The notes under the pieces are model-generated. The model saw only the letters and a program-made list of their open reading frames with translations, made no database searches and had not been told where the DNA came from. 64,000 bases of DNA from assembly GCA_900554175.1 (NCBI GenBank), contig USGK01000002.1, positions 31,402 through 95,401 on the forward strand. Direction: 5' to 3'. Below, one piece after another: positions 1 to 9,683 of this stretch; within the stretch, counting starts at the first letter, position 1; the number at the start of each line of letters is the position of its first letter. The translations under genes and the position numbers were made by a program. This DNA is from an uncultured Clostridium sp. Lineage in GTDB: Bacteria; Bacillota; Clostridia; TANB77; CAG-508.

Positions 1-530
1 TCTATCATTCTTTCTCTTAAATCAGGATTAATTTTGTCTAAATATTCTCCCATTGTTGTAATGTCAGGTTCATATACACCTTTTCCAACTTTGAAAAATT
101 TTAGATTTCTCATCTCAAAGTTTCTATTATAATCAACTATAAAATCAGGTATATCTTCAAACTTTATTATTGCCTCATCTACACCATCATCAACATAGAA
201 AAGCTCTGCATTAGATTTTATTAAATCTCTTATTTCATCTTCAGAATAAAATCTAACCTGAAACTCATCTTCTTTATTCTCAAATGTATCAGCTAAATTT
301 TCGCCTTTTAACACTCTTGCAAAATCTTCTTTTGCTTTATCAATATTTTCATTATAGTAATATCCATAACCCCAATTTATAGAGTTATCTTTTATTTCAT
401 AATTAAATGCTATAATGTATTCTTTTGTTCCATTTTTAAATGTTCTTTCTATTAAAGCTATCGGTTCTTCATTTCTGAATCCTACATCCATTACAAACAT
501 TCCATTGTCTAATTCTCTTGTTCTACTCAT
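1..530 (-). CDS. ICE hypothetical protein, 3' end cut by window edge
   Basis: Manual translation: minus-strand frame is open from ATG at 530 (GGAGGAG 5 nt upstream) to position 1 with no stop. Product begins MSRTRELDNGMFVMDVGFRNEEPIALIERTF. Absent from the ORF track because it runs off the window. It follows the TrbL-like stop by 12 nt. Confidence 0.6.
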   Translation of the reverse strand, partial: MSRTRELDNGMFVMDVGFRNEEPIALIERTFKNGTKEYIIAFNYEIKDNSINWGYGYYYNENIDKAKEDFARVLKGENLADTFENKEDEFQVRFYSEDEIRDLIKSNAELFYVDDGVDEAIIKFEDIPDFIVDYNRNFEMRNLKFFKVGKGVYEPDITTMGEYLDKINPDLRERMI

Positions 531-542
531 TTACACTCCTCC

Positions 543-1370
543 TTATAGTCCCATCATTTCTCTTACTATTCTGTCTGAAAGTCTTATTGTTCCAACTAAA
601 ACTAGCATATTAAATATCAATTCTCCAACATATTTCCATACCATTGTTACGGTAGCTGCACCTGTATCAACTGATGGTGGACTTGCTGCAAAACTTGAAA
701 ATATAATACATGCCAATACTATTATTGCTCCCTCTAAACAAACTGCTACATAACTTTTCAAAAAGCTCTTACCAACATTTTGTGTAGGCTCTCCTGCAAA
801 ACTTGAAAGTGGTATTGGAGCTATAGCTGTGTACATATATAGCTTAAAGAATCTTCCATAGACAGTTAATATTAAAATGAATGAAAGTACTGTTACAAAT
901 AATCCACCAAGTAATGTTACTGCCCATAATGGAATGCTCTCAAAAAATCCACAATTATTGATTGCATCAATTACTGATTGTGGCAGAGATACTCCTGTTG
1001 CTTGAAATGAACTTCTTGCCATTATAGTAGAAACAACACCTTGTATAATCTTAAATATTGCTAACATTAAATCCATTCCATAAGTTACAATTCCTTTTGC
1101 TATTGCGAATCTTATAAAAAGTTTTAATGCTTGTTCAGGTCTTTTTATCTCTGAAAAATTACCCATCGTTTTTACTACACCCATAACAAAGAACAATACT
1201 AATAATGCAAATCCTATTGCTTGTAATGCTCCATTTATATTAGTAATAATGTCCCATATTGCTCCACCTTTGAAATCAGCAGGACTTTGAGTTACCAATG
1301 AATATATTTCAGACAATTTACCATTCCAAGTGTCTAAAGCATTTTGTAAATTTCCTACAATCCAATTCAA
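543..1370 (-). CDS. TrbL/VirB6-like polytopic T4SS membrane protein (CD0415/CD1112-type)
   Basis: 275 aa with several long hydrophobic segments. Sits in a conjugation cluster next to Maff2 and the coupling protein. Family recognised from memory of Clostridial ICE gene sets. Confidence 0.7.
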   Translation of the reverse strand: MNWIVGNLQNALDTWNGKLSEIYSLVTQSPADFKGGAIWDIITNINGALQAIGFALLVLFFVMGVVKTMGNFSEIKRPEQALKLFIRFAIAKGIVTYGMDLMLAIFKIIQGVVSTIMARSSFQATGVSLPQSVIDAINNCGFFESIPLWAVTLLGGLFVTVLSFILILTVYGRFFKLYMYTAIAPIPLSSFAGEPTQNVGKSFLKSYVAVCLEGAIIVLACIIFSSFAASPPSVDTGAATVTMVWKYVGELIFNMLVLVGTIRLSDRIVREMMGL

Positions 1371-1390
1371 TATTTCTCACCTCTATTCTT

Positions 1391-1427
1391 AAAATTAATA
1401 TAGGCAGATAACTTGATACCTGCCTAT
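1391..1427 (-). terminator. hairpin downstream of Maff2 gene
   Basis: ATAGGCAG / CTGCCTAT 8-bp stem (1400-1407 with 1420-1427). The minus-strand RNA has an A/U-rich tail. Confidence 0.45.
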
Positions 1428-1439
1428 ACTTTCTAAATT

Positions 1440-1769
1440 TTAGCCTCCTGTAATTATGCTTAATATTTCTTTTGCAAATGTAATAACAATTCCACCTGCT
1501 AAAGTCATAATTCCATTTGCTCTTTGTGTTGGATCATGTGACTTAAGGCTCATACCTACTTGTACTACACCAAAACCTAAAATTATCATTCCAACTGCTC
1601 TAATTAAACCAAATATAAAATTTGATAAATTGTTTACAACTGCTATTGGATCGTCAGCAGCAAACACATGACTTGCTTGTAATACAAATAATAAAATTAC
1701 ATATCCTATAATAAATAAAATTTTTAATCCAATATTCTTTCTTCTACTTTTTTTGTTTTCTTCTTTCAT
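1440..1769 (-). CDS. Maff2 family small membrane protein of Gram-positive ICE T4SS
   Basis: ORF track 1440-1805. Likely start is ATG at 1769 (MKEENKK), preceded by AAAGGAGA 8 nt upstream. Has a signal-like TM, an AADDP motif and a second TM, typical of Maff2. Confidence 0.7.
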   Translation of the reverse strand: MKEENKKSRRKNIGLKILFIIGYVILLFVLQASHVFAADDPIAVVNNLSNFIFGLIRAVGMIILGFGVVQVGMSLKSHDPTQRANGIMTLAGGIVITFAKEILSIITGG

Positions 1770-1803
1770 AATTAAATTCTCCTTTCTTTGCCTATTTTTA
1801 GGC

Positions 1804-1848
1804 ACAAAAAAAGACCTAGAATTTATTGTTACATAAACTCTAGGTCTT
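1804..1848 (-). terminator. hairpin overlapping coupling-protein stop codon
   Basis: AAGACCTAGA (1811-1820) pairs with TCTAGGTCTT (1839-1848), followed on the minus strand by TTTTTGT. Probably a partial terminator, since the Maff2 RBS follows at once. Confidence 0.5.
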
Positions 1849-3682
1849 AATTGATATTGATATTGGCACTCTCAATATCTTGTTTAAATAAACTATCAAT
1901 TTCTTCTTCAGATAATAATTCATAATCAGTTTCTTTTAATTCTAAATCAATTACTTCATTCATATTTATATTATCTTCAAAGTTAAATGATATTGTTCCT
2001 ATTGCATTTGAAGTATCTCCATGTATATATGGCTTAATACTCTTATTTCCAATAGGTGTATTTATACTATTAAAATGTTCCTTTAGATTAAATTTGAAAT
2101 CTTTTACAGGTCTTTCTCCTCTCACAAAAAGTAATGCATATTGATTATCTAGCATTCTTACTTCATCAGGAGTTAAAAGCTCTCTACCTGCAATTTGGTC
2201 ATTTTTTGAATAATTACCATGTGAACCAAAAGTTCTTCCAAAAGTGTTAGTATCTATTGTTTCTTTTCCAAGAAGTTCAGACACATACTTATGAGTCGAT
2301 TGCTCATTTCCACCTAAATACAAGAATTCATCACAATTTCCTACTATACTTTCCCATTGTTTTTCAAATAAAGCCTTTAATTGTGCTAAATTTTGCAATA
2401 TGATAGAAACCGAAACTTCCCTACTTCTCATAACTGATAATATCTTATCAAAATCATCAGGTAGGCTTACATTAGCAAACTCATCCATAACAAAATGAAC
2501 ATGTACAGGTAAACTTCCACCATATTTGTAATCTGCTAAATAAAATAGTTGTTGGAATAATTGTGTATAAAGTACACTTACTAGGAAATTAAAAGATGTA
2601 TCATTATCAGGTATTATAGCAAATAATGCTACTTTCTTTTCTCCTAAACTTGGTAAATCTAATTCATCAGTTTGAGTTAATTGTGCTACACTCTCTAAAT
2701 TAAATTTTTCAAGTCTTGCAGCTAGTGTTACTTGTATTGATTTTAATGTTTTAGCAGAACCACTATGATATGCTCTATAATATTTTAATGAAATATGTTC
2801 AGGATTTGTTGTTTCTAATCTATTAAATAACATATCAAGTGGACTAACATAATCGTCATCATCTTCTTTTACATCTCCTGCTCTTAATAATTCCATAACC
2901 ATAACAAAGTTTTGTTCTTCTTCAGGAGCTTCATATTTTAAGTAAAAGATTAAGGCTAATAACAACATACTTGCTGCAGTATCCCAAAACGGATCGTTTG
3001 TACTACTTCCTTTTGGAGTGGTAGATTTAAATAGGTTTGTTACTAATTTTTGAACATCATTATCTGATTTCAAATAAACAAATGGATTGTAGCAATGTGA
3101 TTTTTCCATATTTATTAAATCTAAAACTCTTACCTCGTATCCATTTTGTTCTAGTAAATGTCCTGTATCTCTAACAATTTCCCCTTTAGGATCTAGCACA
3201 ACATAAGATGTATTGCATTGCATAACATTAGGTTTGCAATAACTATAAGTCTTTCCTGCACCACTACCTCCAACAACTAATACATTTACATTTCTTCTGT
3301 GTTTCTTTCCATTTAATCCAAGTGAAACATTTTTAGTTAGTATCTTATTATAATTATTAGGTTGTTTATATTTCTTGTTTAATTCTTTTGCCTCGCCCCA
3401 TTTGGCAGAACCATTTTCTTCTCTTCTCCTGTAATTCTTTCTAGTAGATTCGTAAACTAATATTGACATTATATATATTAGCAAAAAAATAAGAATAGTT
3501 TTTATACTACTCTCCATAAATGTAATATTGAAAGGATTACTTAAAGCATCACTTCCATTTTTTATTATCTCTATTAATCCACCATTTATATATGGTGCAA
3601 CTAATAGTGCTAACCATATTACAGGAATTATTCCAAAAATATATACAACTCTAGCAATTTTCTTATCATCGTTCAAAGGCAA
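1847..3682 (-). CDS. type IV coupling protein (VirD4/TraG family)
   Basis: 611 aa. Two N-terminal TM segments, Walker A VVGGSGAGKT, Walker B-like VHFVMDEF. Confidence 0.9.
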   Translation of the reverse strand: MPLNDDKKIARVVYIFGIIPVIWLALLVAPYINGGLIEIIKNGSDALSNPFNITFMESSIKTILIFLLIYIMSILVYESTRKNYRRREENGSAKWGEAKELNKKYKQPNNYNKILTKNVSLGLNGKKHRRNVNVLVVGGSGAGKTYSYCKPNVMQCNTSYVVLDPKGEIVRDTGHLLEQNGYEVRVLDLINMEKSHCYNPFVYLKSDNDVQKLVTNLFKSTTPKGSSTNDPFWDTAASMLLLALIFYLKYEAPEEEQNFVMVMELLRAGDVKEDDDDYVSPLDMLFNRLETTNPEHISLKYYRAYHSGSAKTLKSIQVTLAARLEKFNLESVAQLTQTDELDLPSLGEKKVALFAIIPDNDTSFNFLVSVLYTQLFQQLFYLADYKYGGSLPVHVHFVMDEFANVSLPDDFDKILSVMRSREVSVSIILQNLAQLKALFEKQWESIVGNCDEFLYLGGNEQSTHKYVSELLGKETIDTNTFGRTFGSHGNYSKNDQIAGRELLTPDEVRMLDNQYALLFVRGERPVKDFKFNLKEHFNSINTPIGNKSIKPYIHGDTSNAIGTISFNFEDNINMNEVIDLELKETDYELLSEEEIDSLFKQDIESANININ

Positions 3683-3863
3683 AATTACCTTTTACTTTTC
3701 TTTTATCTATTGGGGCATCTAATAATTTTTTAATAAGTTCATCAATAATTTCAGTATCAACATTTTCAGCTATCTTTTTATTTCTGAACTCATTAAGAGC
3801 ATTTATTATTAGTTTATAATCATATATATCTAATACAATAGTTCTTGTTTCTTCCAATTTCAA
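3666..3863 (-). CDS. small ICE hypothetical protein (65 aa)
   Basis: ORF overlaps the coupling-protein start by 17 nt. Co-directional and helical/charged. No family recognised. Confidence 0.45.
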   Translation of the reverse strand: MKLEETRTIVLDIYDYKLIINALNEFRNKKIAENVDTEIIDELIKKLLDAPIDKRKVKGNFAFER

Positions 3864-3870
3864 TTCCCCC

Positions 3871-4623
3871 TTATCTATCAGTTTTCGTTTTCGCTTTTGG
3901 AGTTACAACTTTTACATTGTTCTTCTCTTTAGCTCTAACTTCTTCTCGTTTTTCAACTTCAACTTTTAATTTTGCAAGTTCTTTTCTAACGGAAGGCTTT
4001 TTCTCTCCTTTAGATACCCCTTCTTGCATCTTTGAAGTTATTGAGGAAGGCTCTGACTGAGGGCTTTTTTCTGTCTTCGCCAAATTGAAATTTTCGGTTT
4101 TAGTTTCTTCCTTTTGTATTGGCTTATCTTGTAAAACTTCTTCTAATAATTCCTCTTTGGATTTCTTCTGCACTCCTAACTCCTTTCTTTGTGCCTCTCT
4201 ATTTTCAATAGCTTTTGTAACTTCAGTATCAATTTTAGCAGTATCTATTGTTGTTAATTTGAATCTTTCTACTATTCTATTTATTCTTGAGGCATCTTCA
4301 TCTTTTACCATAATGTCAGTCATTCCATCATAATTTATATGTTTCTTATCTACTAATGCACAATAAAGTATTCCATATTTTTTTGCCTCATACTTAAATG
4401 TTTCTAAATCTTCATTCTTAATAGAAAAGATTTTTAATGGCTTTCCTGCTTTTAACATATTATTTAATCTTGTTTTTCCTTTAGTTTGTTTTTTATCTTT
4501 CATTATGGTATATAACATTGCAGCTACATTTTTAGCTCCACTACCTGTTAGTTTAGCAAGAACTTCAAATCCCTCTAAACTCAATCTTACAACTTGTTCT
4601 GATGCATCTCCACTTACACTCAT
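3871..4623 (-). CDS. PcfB family (DUF3801) conjugation protein
   Basis: N-terminus VVRLSLEGFEVLAKLTGSGAKNVAAMLYTIMKDKKQTKGKTRL matches my memory of PcfB/DUF3801. K/E-rich tail. Lies between relaxase and T4CP, as in enterococcal/clostridial elements. Confidence 0.7.
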   Translation of the reverse strand: MSVSGDASEQVVRLSLEGFEVLAKLTGSGAKNVAAMLYTIMKDKKQTKGKTRLNNMLKAGKPLKIFSIKNEDLETFKYEAKKYGILYCALVDKKHINYDGMTDIMVKDEDASRINRIVERFKLTTIDTAKIDTEVTKAIENREAQRKELGVQKKSKEELLEEVLQDKPIQKEETKTENFNLAKTEKSPQSEPSSITSKMQEGVSKGEKKPSVRKELAKLKVEVEKREEVRAKEKNNVKVVTPKAKTKTDR

Positions 4624-4628
4624 AAAAT

Positions 4629-6041
4629 TTACTCCTTTCCTTTTTTAGATTTTTCTTTATTCTTTTTATCTTTAGTTTCTTTTTCTAGTTCTTCTTGTTT
4701 ATCAAGTTCTTCTAGATTTTCATCAATAACTCGTATTCTCTTTTTTATATCCTCACATTGTTCTACCTCCTTTCGCAATTTATCTATATTAGTTGTCAAA
4801 GTTGATATTTGCTCTGCATATTTCCTCATTTCTTCTTCATCCTTTGACAATTTTCTAATTGCCCATAATCTTTCTCTTTGGTTTGATAATTCATTTATCT
4901 TATATGTAACTTCATCTTTATAATTTAATAAATCATCTAAAGTTTTTATCTTGTTTGTCGCTAATAGTTTTGCTTGATTAGACAATTCTTCCATTCTTGA
5001 TACATCTGCCCTAATACTTGCAGGAAGTTTTTGTTGTGGTATATTATTAGGAAAAACTTTTAACAAATAACAATAATGATAATATAAAGCAATAAATCCT
5101 TTTGCTTTGGCTCGTTTGTGCCTCTTTGCAAAAGGATAATTTATTTTTCTGCTATAAACATTTTCTATAAATGGAATACGAATTGCTTGTTCATTTATAA
5201 TTCTTCTCTTTATATTTTCTATTGTGTAATCTTCTCCAAATCTTCTTTCAATTCTAATATTTCTATTGTAATTCTTTTTTCTTATACTCAACTTTCCTGC
5301 TCTAACCATTACCTCATAATCTAATTTTTTCATTAGATATATAAAATCATCATAAGAATATGCTTGTCTAATTGCTAAATCAATTTCTCGTTTAGCAGTT
5401 TTAGAATAGTTATCATTATATAAAGATTTCTTGTAATAATTGCCAAAATTTATTTTACTTTTCTTACATGGTTTTTCTGGCAAAACACTTAACCCATGTT
5501 CTTTGCATATTTCATCTGATATATGTCTAAATTTTGCTGTATTATATCTATTACTATAATATTTTAAGCCATCTACAAATGAAACAGAATTTATTACAAA
5601 GTGATTGTGTATATGATTGGTATTAAGATGTGTTGTTACTACAACTTGGAATCTATCTCCCCACATTTCTTTTGCTGATTGAATTCCTATTTGATGAGCC
5701 TCCTCAGGAGAAATATTTTCTTTAAAAGATTGATAAGCATGAAATCCTAAAATGCCTTCTTCATTTTTGAAATACAATTTTGTATCTATCATTTCTTCAT
5801 AAGCAGAATCAACCTCGCAATTTATTCCAGTTGTATAAAATTGTTTTTCCGTTTTATCTGAATTCATTGCATAATCTAAAACATCTTTTAAATCATCAAC
5901 TAAAACAATATAATTACCTTTCTCAACTACAAATTCAACTTTTTGTGTTTTCTTTTCATCCGTTGCATAATCCATAACATGATCTAGTCTTTTTACAACT
6001 TTCCATATTTTTGTTGTTGCCACTTTTATTTCTCCTTTCAT
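4629..6041 (-). CDS. relaxase/mobilization nuclease (MobA/VirD2-type)
   Basis: 470 aa. Histidine triad THLNTNHIHNHFVINSV. ATGA start/stop overlap with mobC. C-terminal coiled coil. Confidence 0.9.
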   Translation of the reverse strand: MKGEIKVATTKIWKVVKRLDHVMDYATDEKKTQKVEFVVEKGNYIVLVDDLKDVLDYAMNSDKTEKQFYTTGINCEVDSAYEEMIDTKLYFKNEEGILGFHAYQSFKENISPEEAHQIGIQSAKEMWGDRFQVVVTTHLNTNHIHNHFVINSVSFVDGLKYYSNRYNTAKFRHISDEICKEHGLSVLPEKPCKKSKINFGNYYKKSLYNDNYSKTAKREIDLAIRQAYSYDDFIYLMKKLDYEVMVRAGKLSIRKKNYNRNIRIERRFGEDYTIENIKRRIINEQAIRIPFIENVYSRKINYPFAKRHKRAKAKGFIALYYHYCYLLKVFPNNIPQQKLPASIRADVSRMEELSNQAKLLATNKIKTLDDLLNYKDEVTYKINELSNQRERLWAIRKLSKDEEEMRKYAEQISTLTTNIDKLRKEVEQCEDIKKRIRVIDENLEELDKQEELEKETKDKKNKEKSKKGKE

Positions 6042-6370
6042 AAATATTTACTTTTAATTTGCCTAGATAACTCATTCCAATTCTTTGCCTCTTGATTATA
6101 GTAATCTTTATCAATAACATTTGTACTATTTGCTTTATGTGCTATTTGATTAAGATTAACTCCTATTTTAGAAAGTTGTTTCATAACTTTATAAAATTCA
6201 TAATCAGGTTTTTCCTTAACATCCTTTCCTAAAATAAGCTTTCTTATATAATCAGAAATATTTTCTTTACTCTTGGCAATGTCATCTAATAATTTTGCAT
6301 ACTCAATATCATTAAGTCTAACTTGTATTCTTATATTTCTCTTTCTCATCTTTACCTCCTCGCTTTGCAA
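6038..6370 (-). CDS. mobC: MobC-family relaxosome accessory protein
   Basis: 110 aa. RIQVRLNDIEYAKLLD (RHH-like) and GVNLNQIAHKAN motifs. Immediately upstream of the relaxase and translationally coupled to it. Confidence 0.8.
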   Translation of the reverse strand: MQSEEVKMRKRNIRIQVRLNDIEYAKLLDDIAKSKENISDYIRKLILGKDVKEKPDYEFYKVMKQLSKIGVNLNQIAHKANSTNVIDKDYYNQEAKNWNELSRQIKSKYL

Positions 6371-6482
6371 AATATTTTTGGGGATTGGGGCAAAGCCCCA
6401 TTGTACAGAATTTCGGAGAGCCGATTTTTCGGTCTCCCAAATTCATTGCTTGCTAGGACAAGAAATCTAAAATAAGTGCTTT
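6371..6482. other. candidate oriT
   Basis: GC-rich island in AT-rich DNA directly upstream of mobC-relaxase. Hairpins TGGGGC-AAA-GCCCCA (6386-6400) and GGAGAGCCGA-TTTT-TCGGTCTCC (6415-6437, one bulge). ATAAGTGC at 6472-6479 resembles the MOBQ-type nic core ATAAGTGCGCCCT. Confidence 0.5.
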
Positions 6483-7484
6483 TTATCGTACCCCAATTTG
6501 TTTCTTATTTTCCTTTTTATATGTTTTATATAATTCAATTTCTTGTCTATTTTTTAATCCTAATTTGAAACATAAATAATCATTTATGTCTTTACCATAA
6601 GGAGCAGGAATATCATAAACATTGTACTTATCTAATGCAATTATCATTGCTTTTGTTGCTTGTCTTCCTGCTCTATCATTATCAAAATGTAACACTATAT
6701 CTTGAACATCTTGATATTTATTTAAGTAATTTTGTATTGCTATTGGTACTTTACTTTGTTCTATATTAGAACTTGGTTGGTACACTCCTGCTAGTGCAAT
6801 AAGATTATGATTTTTATAATCATATCCCTTTATTTTAAGCATTGTTGCATAAGATAACAGATCTATTGCACTTTCAAAAATATGTATAGTATTGTTTTTT
6901 ATATTACTTAACATTCTAAAAGAAAACTCTTTTGAACTACCTCTTGCATCTCTCATTATTCTTTTATTGTTTGTACTTCTACATCCTGCATATTTAATAT
7001 TTCCTTCATTATCATACCCTAAAAAAACAATATTCTTTGTTCTATCTTCTTGATATATTAACTTTTTATCTACACATTCTTGTATTATTTCTTCATCAAT
7101 ACCTCTATTTTTAAGATACTCAATAGCTTGTTTGTTTGTACTTGCTCTAATAGGAATAACAATTTTTTTATTTTCTTCTCGTTCTTCTTTTGGTACAACA
7201 TATTCTACTATTTCTCTATTTAAAATGCTTTTAACTGCCTCTTGCAAAGTCATTTTTTCAACTTTCATAAGATAATCTAGTGCTGTTTTTCCACCCTCAT
7301 TAGTTGAAAATCTATGCCATAAACCATTACTTATAATCACACTATCATGTGTTTTTAAGGAATAAGTACCTACACCTTTTTTAACTAATTCACTTGGATT
7401 ATAGTTCATAAAGTAAGTTAATAAATCAACCTCTTTTGCTTTTTTTACCAACTCTTTAGGTACATATTTCGACATTTTATGCAC
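6483..7484 (-). CDS. DUF3991/Toprim domain primase-like protein
   Basis: 333 aa. N-terminal DLLTYF..HDSVIISNGLWHRFSTNEGGKTALDYL block and C-terminal Toprim-like HFDNDRAGRQA. Common partner of ICE relaxases. Confidence 0.75.
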   Translation of the reverse strand: MHKMSKYVPKELVKKAKEVDLLTYFMNYNPSELVKKGVGTYSLKTHDSVIISNGLWHRFSTNEGGKTALDYLMKVEKMTLQEAVKSILNREIVEYVVPKEEREENKKIVIPIRASTNKQAIEYLKNRGIDEEIIQECVDKKLIYQEDRTKNIVFLGYDNEGNIKYAGCRSTNNKRIMRDARGSSKEFSFRMLSNIKNNTIHIFESAIDLLSYATMLKIKGYDYKNHNLIALAGVYQPSSNIEQSKVPIAIQNYLNKYQDVQDIVLHFDNDRAGRQATKAMIIALDKYNVYDIPAPYGKDINDYLCFKLGLKNRQEIELYKTYKKENKKQIGVR

Positions 7485-7487
7485 CTC

Positions 7488-7805
7488 CTATCGTTCGTGT
7501 TTTCTATTTATTATATTCTTTTTATAAGCTCTTTCATATTCTTCTTTGGTATAATCTGTTCCATATTCATCTGCTTGTTCTTTCAGAATCTCATACTTTA
7601 ATCCATGTCTTGGATTTTCAATTGTTCTATTTATTTTTACTTTTATTGAATTTATTCCTTGACTATAAACTGATTCTTTGTAATCTTTTAATAGCTCTTG
7701 CTCTGAATAATATTCAACTATTTCTCCTGAATATAAAAATTCAAGATGACCTATTGGAGCATTTTCAGTTTCATCAGATACTGAATAATTAAATTTTAAT
7801 TCCAT
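7488..7805 (-). CDS. ICE hypothetical protein (105 aa)
   Basis: Tightly packed, 3 nt from the next gene. Acidic. No family recognised. Confidence 0.5.
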   Translation of the reverse strand: MELKFNYSVSDETENAPIGHLEFLYSGEIVEYYSEQELLKDYKESVYSQGINSIKVKINRTIENPRHGLKYEILKEQADEYGTDYTKEEYERAYKKNIINRKHER

Positions 7806-7817
7806 ATAAAATCCTCC

Positions 7818-8153
7818 TTATCTTGCATTATTTTTTGTTTTTATTTTATCTTTTTTATACTCATCTGTTATTAGATTCAATGATTCATCTACTGAATAAT
7901 TGATGTTTTCTCTCATATTTCCATCAAAACTTAACCAGTCATCATATAACTCATCTAGTATATTTTCTCTTGATAAAAGTGCTTTTATTTGTGTTTTTGA
8001 TAAGTCATGATCAAACTCAATGCTATCAATTATTTCTTGTTTTGTTGTTAATTCATAGGCTCTATCTATTGCATAATCAACTCCATTTTTTTTCATTTTT
8101 GTTTTAAAATCTTTTAATTCATTTTCTAATTTTTGATATAATTTATCTTCCAT
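7818..8153 (-). CDS. ICE hypothetical protein (111 aa), possibly DUF3848-like
   Basis: The pattern LYQKLENELKDF..AYELTTKQEI..LSKTQIKALL..ILDELYDDWL resembles DUF3848 proteins from memory. Weak assignment. Confidence 0.45.
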   Translation of the reverse strand: MEDKLYQKLENELKDFKTKMKKNGVDYAIDRAYELTTKQEIIDSIEFDHDLSKTQIKALLSRENILDELYDDWLSFDGNMRENINYSVDESLNLITDEYKKDKIKTKNNAR

Positions 8154-8176
8154 ATTTACCCCTTTCTCATATAATT

Positions 8177-8584
8177 CTAATCATTATATGGTACAACATT
8201 TTTTCTCATATAATTCATATAAGAGTCCTCTATATTAGAATAAGTTTTCTCTTGTGTATAATATTCATTGTTAGAATCATTACAATATTTTTCTACTGTT
8301 TTTTTCTGTATTCTCTTAATTTCATTCTCATTAATTACCTTTTTATTACATTCAAGTTCAAGTTCTTGGAGTTTTAATTGTAATCCAACTCTTTCATTTT
8401 TGTATTTTTTTAACTCAATTCTTTTCTTTTTATACTCAAGTTCTAACTTTTCTAATTCCTTATTTGATGTTGCAATTTTTACATTTAGCTTTCCTATTTG
8501 CTCTATTAATTCTTTCTTCTGCACAATATCATCACTCCCTTTCCAACAAAAAAAGAAGTAAATAGTATTTAACTTACTTCTCAT
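8177..8584 (-). CDS. coiled-coil ICE hypothetical protein
   Basis: ORF track 135 aa. The first 20 residues look non-genic. GGGAG followed by in-frame GTG at 8524 is a more likely start. Heptad-rich K/E/L sequence. Confidence 0.45.
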   Translation of the reverse strand: MRSKLNTIYFFFCWKGSDDIVQKKELIEQIGKLNVKIATSNKELEKLELEYKKKRIELKKYKNERVGLQLKLQELELECNKKVINENEIKRIQKKTVEKYCNDSNNEYYTQEKTYSNIEDSYMNYMRKNVVPYND

Positions 8585-8606
8585 TTTTGCTATATTTAAT
8601 TAAAAT

Positions 8607-9215
8607 TTAGAAATTTAATATTTCATTTATACCTGCTTTAAAGCAAGCTTTTGCTTCTTCATATCCTACTTTTATATCAAGTTCTTTTATTTCCATCAAT
8701 TTTATCATTTCTTCCTGATTTAAAACAATTGGTGTAGAATCTTCATATACTTTTAAAACTCTAGGATATTTTTCTTCAAGTTCTTTACATTTTGACTTGT
8801 ATTCTTTATATATTTCAGTATTATAGTTTATTTTACTTTGAATATATTCATAAAAATCTGCATCTGTACAGTCCAAGAAAGTATCTCCTTTAGTTATAGT
8901 TTTGCTCCCAACTTTTAATTCATTTTTTAGTTTATACATATCATTCATTCCTAACATATAGTATGCTTTACTCCAAAAATCAACTTCCTTACTAAATTTA
9001 AGTTCATATTCTTGTAGTTTATTCTTTACTTTTTTAAAATCTTCTACGTTAGAAATAACTTCTCTTAATAATGTAAGTAATTTTTCATTTACATTATAAA
9101 CTTCGCTTTCAATTTCTTGAATTTCCTTATTATTGTCGTATGTAGTTTGTTCAAAGTCTTCCTTCCTAAAAAGATACATTTGCTCTAATATTGGTTTATC
9201 AAAAATTTTTTCCAT
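8607..9215 (-). CDS. ICE hypothetical protein (202 aa)
   Basis: ACGGAGG RBS 7 nt before the ATG. Acidic and helical. No family recognised. Confidence 0.5.
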   Translation of the reverse strand: MEKIFDKPILEQMYLFRKEDFEQTTYDNNKEIQEIESEVYNVNEKLLTLLREVISNVEDFKKVKNKLQEYELKFSKEVDFWSKAYYMLGMNDMYKLKNELKVGSKTITKGDTFLDCTDADFYEYIQSKINYNTEIYKEYKSKCKELEEKYPRVLKVYEDSTPIVLNQEEMIKLMEIKELDIKVGYEEAKACFKAGINEILNF

Positions 9216-9350
9216 ATCAATTACCTCCGTATCATCTTATATCATAATACTTCAATTCATTGAAATGTATAAATTATTTTTTTATATATTTGACAAAAAA
9301 GAGTAATATTTTAATAAAATACTACCCTTTATAGTGAACTATATTTATCT

Positions 9351-9683
9351 TTAATATTCTTCTTCATTATCTATTAAATATGTCATATTTGAAAAAGTTT
9401 CACTACATAAATTATCTAATTCTTCTTCATCCATATTTTCTTTAAATATTTCATCTACATAGTCTGATGCTACTCCACATATAAAAGCCAAATCAAATCT
9501 TTTATCTCCATATAAATAAGTATTCTCTATTAAAAGTATGAGTGTCTTCATTTTTAACTCATCATTTACTATATTTGATTTTAAATTTTCTTCAATTGTT
9601 AAAATATAATAAATATATAAATATGTCATATTTTCTTTATTATCATTTACTAACTGTTTAAATTTTTCAAAATCCATACTCAT
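9351..9683 (-). CDS. strongly acidic stand-alone ICE protein (110 aa)
   Basis: By hand count about 25 D/E versus about 9 K/R. Flanked by 108-nt and 135-nt intergenic regions, with a downstream hairpin (about 9291-9330). Confidence 0.5.
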   Translation of the reverse strand: MSMDFEKFKQLVNDNKENMTYLYIYYILTIEENLKSNIVNDELKMKTLILLIENTYLYGDKRFDLAFICGVASDYVDEIFKENMDEEELDNLCSETFSNMTYLIDNEEEY

